From: Azolla caroliniana | Lineage: Eukaryota > Plantae > Polypodiophyta | Assembly: GCA_043228905.1 (NCBI GenBank) | Contig: JBHGNT010001169.1 | Span: forward strand, 1 to 11,295 | DNA length: 11,295 nucleotides | Direction: 5' to 3' | Shown: positions 9,167-11,295 of the stretch, piece after piece | Layout of the letters: each line of letters begins with the position of its first letter | Numbering within the stretch: the first letter of the stretch is position 1 | Made by a program: the position numbers and the translations under genes | The notes under the pieces: generated by a model | What the model saw: the letters and a program-made list of their open reading frames with translations, nothing else | What the model was told of the DNA's origin: nothing | Database searches by the model: none

Positions 9167-9671
9167 CTTTTGCCCCACCCAAATATTGAAGAGCACGTAT
9201 GAATCTGCAATGAAGCTCAGGTGACCAACATCGTCGTCGCTTTCTTTTAGATGAATTCCGTCTATTTCTACCGTTGTTTAGTGATAATACTAGTGGTTCA
9301 CTCTCACTTTTTTTATCAAGTTCCCTATCATCTCCCAAGGATATTGAAGGGCTTAGTCTTTCCTCAACATTATGACTCATCAATTGTCGATGACATAATG
9401 ATGGTGGATTTCGATCACTTTTAATGTCAAATGATATTGGAGGTTGATCCTTAGATAAGAACGGTAAAAATGATCCTTGGTGTCTATCCGTTGGAAAAAC
9501 TAGAGAGAATGCTCCGCCATGTTTATTATTAGAAGATGGTAAAAAGTCTCTTAAATATCGAGAGGTGAGGCCACACTGGTCATTTCTAGGAGCATCCATA
9601 TTGCACGCTTGTTGTTCTAATGAAATTTCTATTGCATCCTCCTTTTCCAAATTTGAATTCGATGGACATAT
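9167..9671 (-). CDS. HRS1/HHO/NIGT1-family GARP (G2-like Myb) transcription factor, internal exon with first half of the DNA-binding domain
   Basis: Strong polypyrimidine tract + AG acceptor at 9672-9695. Open frame ICPSNSNLEKED...GGAF...GSFLPF...RKRRRCWSPELHCRFIRALQYLGGAK. GT donor at 9166-9165 (phase 1). Confidence 0.9.
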
Positions 9672-10564
9672 CTAGAAAAAGAAAAAAGAAAAAGCAATTA
9701 ACATGCATGAGCTGAGTGTTGAACTCATGGTCATACTGTGTAAACTCATTGTACATTACCCAAATATATTCATTGGTAGTTGTATATAAAACACATTGAA
9801 GAGAAAGGTCAATGGGTTAAAATAATATGAACCCTCCAACCTCAATTACAAAAGAAGATCACGAAGGACATGGACAATGGAATTCTTGTATCGTTTTCTC
9901 AAGGAAGCAACGCAAATAGAATTTAAAAGACATGGATGAGTAAATGCTTGGCTCTAGTGGGAGTGTGATCATTCAAAATCTTAGAACAATAAATTGACTT
10001 GTCTTTAGAAACCTCATCAAGAAATGTCCTATTATTAAGAAATCATTGGAGAACTTCTCGTCTCAATGAGGCTCAAATATTTGTAAGTTTGACTGTTCTA
10101 ATATATATGTGATGTTTTTATTTTGAAGATGATAGTGATGATATGGAAAAAAAAACCCACCAATTTGTAAGATAAAGTTTGGTTGGAAATGGAGGTCCTA
10201 TGGACCATGTAATTTATCTTCCATGTACTGCTATCTACAATTAGTGGAAAACACTAGGCAGCGCTATAAGAAGAATACAACATCAAGATGTATATCTAAT
10301 GAAAGGTTGTCTAAGAATTGGATGAAAGAATTTGACCTACATAAACGAGTTTGGTGCTATCATCTAACTAAAGATGTATCTTAGGCTAGATCTTGAGATG
10401 CAAGTAGTTCTACCCATGTGCATATTTCCTAGCTCATGGGACACCTAGACAATTCTCAAAACAAACACATCACCCTTTCATAGACATGTATATGGAGTGT
10501 TTCCCAACAAGGAGATTCCCATCAATGTATAGTACTTAGGATTAGATTTGTAACTTTACAATGA

Positions 10565-10744
10565 GAGGATGGGAAGAAATACACATTGGAAGAAGTCTAC
10601 CATGTCCTTGAGCTAAAAAAGAGGTTGATGTCAATGGGCCAATTGAGTGAGTTTGGATAAAGGTTTGTATTCATAAAGCTTTTCTTCAATATCCTAAAGA
10701 GGAATCTTGTGTTTGCAAGAGGCAACAAATTTGCTTCATGTTAT
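10565..10744 (+). pseudogene. Degenerate copia protease / pre-integrase fragment, probably intronic
   Basis: Reads EDGKKYTLEEVYHVLELKKRLMSMGQLSEFG*RFVFIKLFFNILKRNLVFARGNKFASCY, against copia DG...TL.DVRHVPELKKNLISLGQL...GY...F......KG.LV.ARG.K...LY. A possible zinc-knuckle relic GWKWRSYG at ~10181-10204 suggests the remnant extends leftward. Confidence 0.8.
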
Positions 10745-10754
10745 TCAGAAAATG

Positions 10755-11200
10755 TGTTTTAGAAGGACCACCTACTAGAAATGATGAATTAATCAAAGAT
10801 CATTATCGAAAGTATTTGGATGGCACCCAAGTGTTATCAAATAATCAGTAATGCTTCCAAAAGACTAGATGGTAGTTTTGACAACATAGATTTATTATTG
10901 GGAATAGAGGACTTGTCAAAACCCTCTAGGAACATTGTGTGGAATGTGTCATGGATTTCGAAGTGCCCATGCAAGTCAAGAAACAAAGTCATCGCACATT
11001 TTCTACCCACTATAAAAGGGGTAGCGGCTCTTATAGTTCAAGTCAATAGCAAGGGTGGATCTTCATATGTTGCATAATAAGTCAAAGTTTATCCTCAAAC
11101 TTGGTATTTGGGGACTAGTCTATTGATCATTGGATTGGTCCTTAGCCCTATCTTGGGCATTATCCAACTCAATTTTCAAGTCAAGATGTGCAACCCCAAT
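10755..11200 (-). pseudogene. Degenerate Ty3/gypsy (chromovirus-like) integrase C-terminal fragment, probably intronic
   Basis: Across frameshifts the minus strand reads LKIELDNAQDRAKDQ / PKYQV / DKL*LIMQHMKIHPC / LNYKSRYPF / LDLHGHFEIHDTFHTMFLEGFDKSSIPN. This is collinear with the GPY/F region F.VGDKVWL...RP..KLDY..LGPF...L.LP....IH.VFHVSLLEPY. The part below ~10890 is less certain. Confidence 0.72.
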
Positions 11201-11295
11201 TTTTGCGGTTGTGCTTTAGCAAAAACATCTATTGGGCTACTTACAGATATCCTCATTGAACCATGCATTGGATGTTGTCATGCTAATTGAGGATT

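Noticed and set aside
9771-9782. Degenerate PBS (CA-T-TGGTAG) for the intronic copia fossil
   Set aside because: Only 5 bases match TGGTATCA, and no LTR can be defined.
10820-11290. Plus-strand ORFs of 85 aa and 60 aa
   Set aside because: They are antisense shadows of the minus-strand gypsy integrase fossil.

Overview
This is TE-rich land-plant nuclear DNA, and the TE content weakly suggests a fern or other non-seed plant. From left to right: (1) the 3' end of a decayed Ty1/copia retrotransposon (RT-RNaseH, PPT, 3' LTR 1643-1941), abutting an array of 23-bp palindromes with hairpin spacers (1942-2149); (2) a solo LTR with a perfect 5-bp TSD (2475-2944); (3) a minus-strand 5' LTR with tRNA-Met PBS (4054-4430); (4) a MULE-like terminal repeat tract (6065-6318) and a microsatellite; (5) an old copia RT fossil (7301-7529); (6) a 360-bp hAT-type MITE (8081-8440); (7) the last three coding exons of a minus-strand HRS1/HHO/NIGT1-type GARP transcription factor (9671-8554), whose upstream intron holds copia and chromovirus-like gypsy fossils. 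Most small ORFs in the track look spurious. I see no convincing new biological system, and the palindrome array is the least explained structure.
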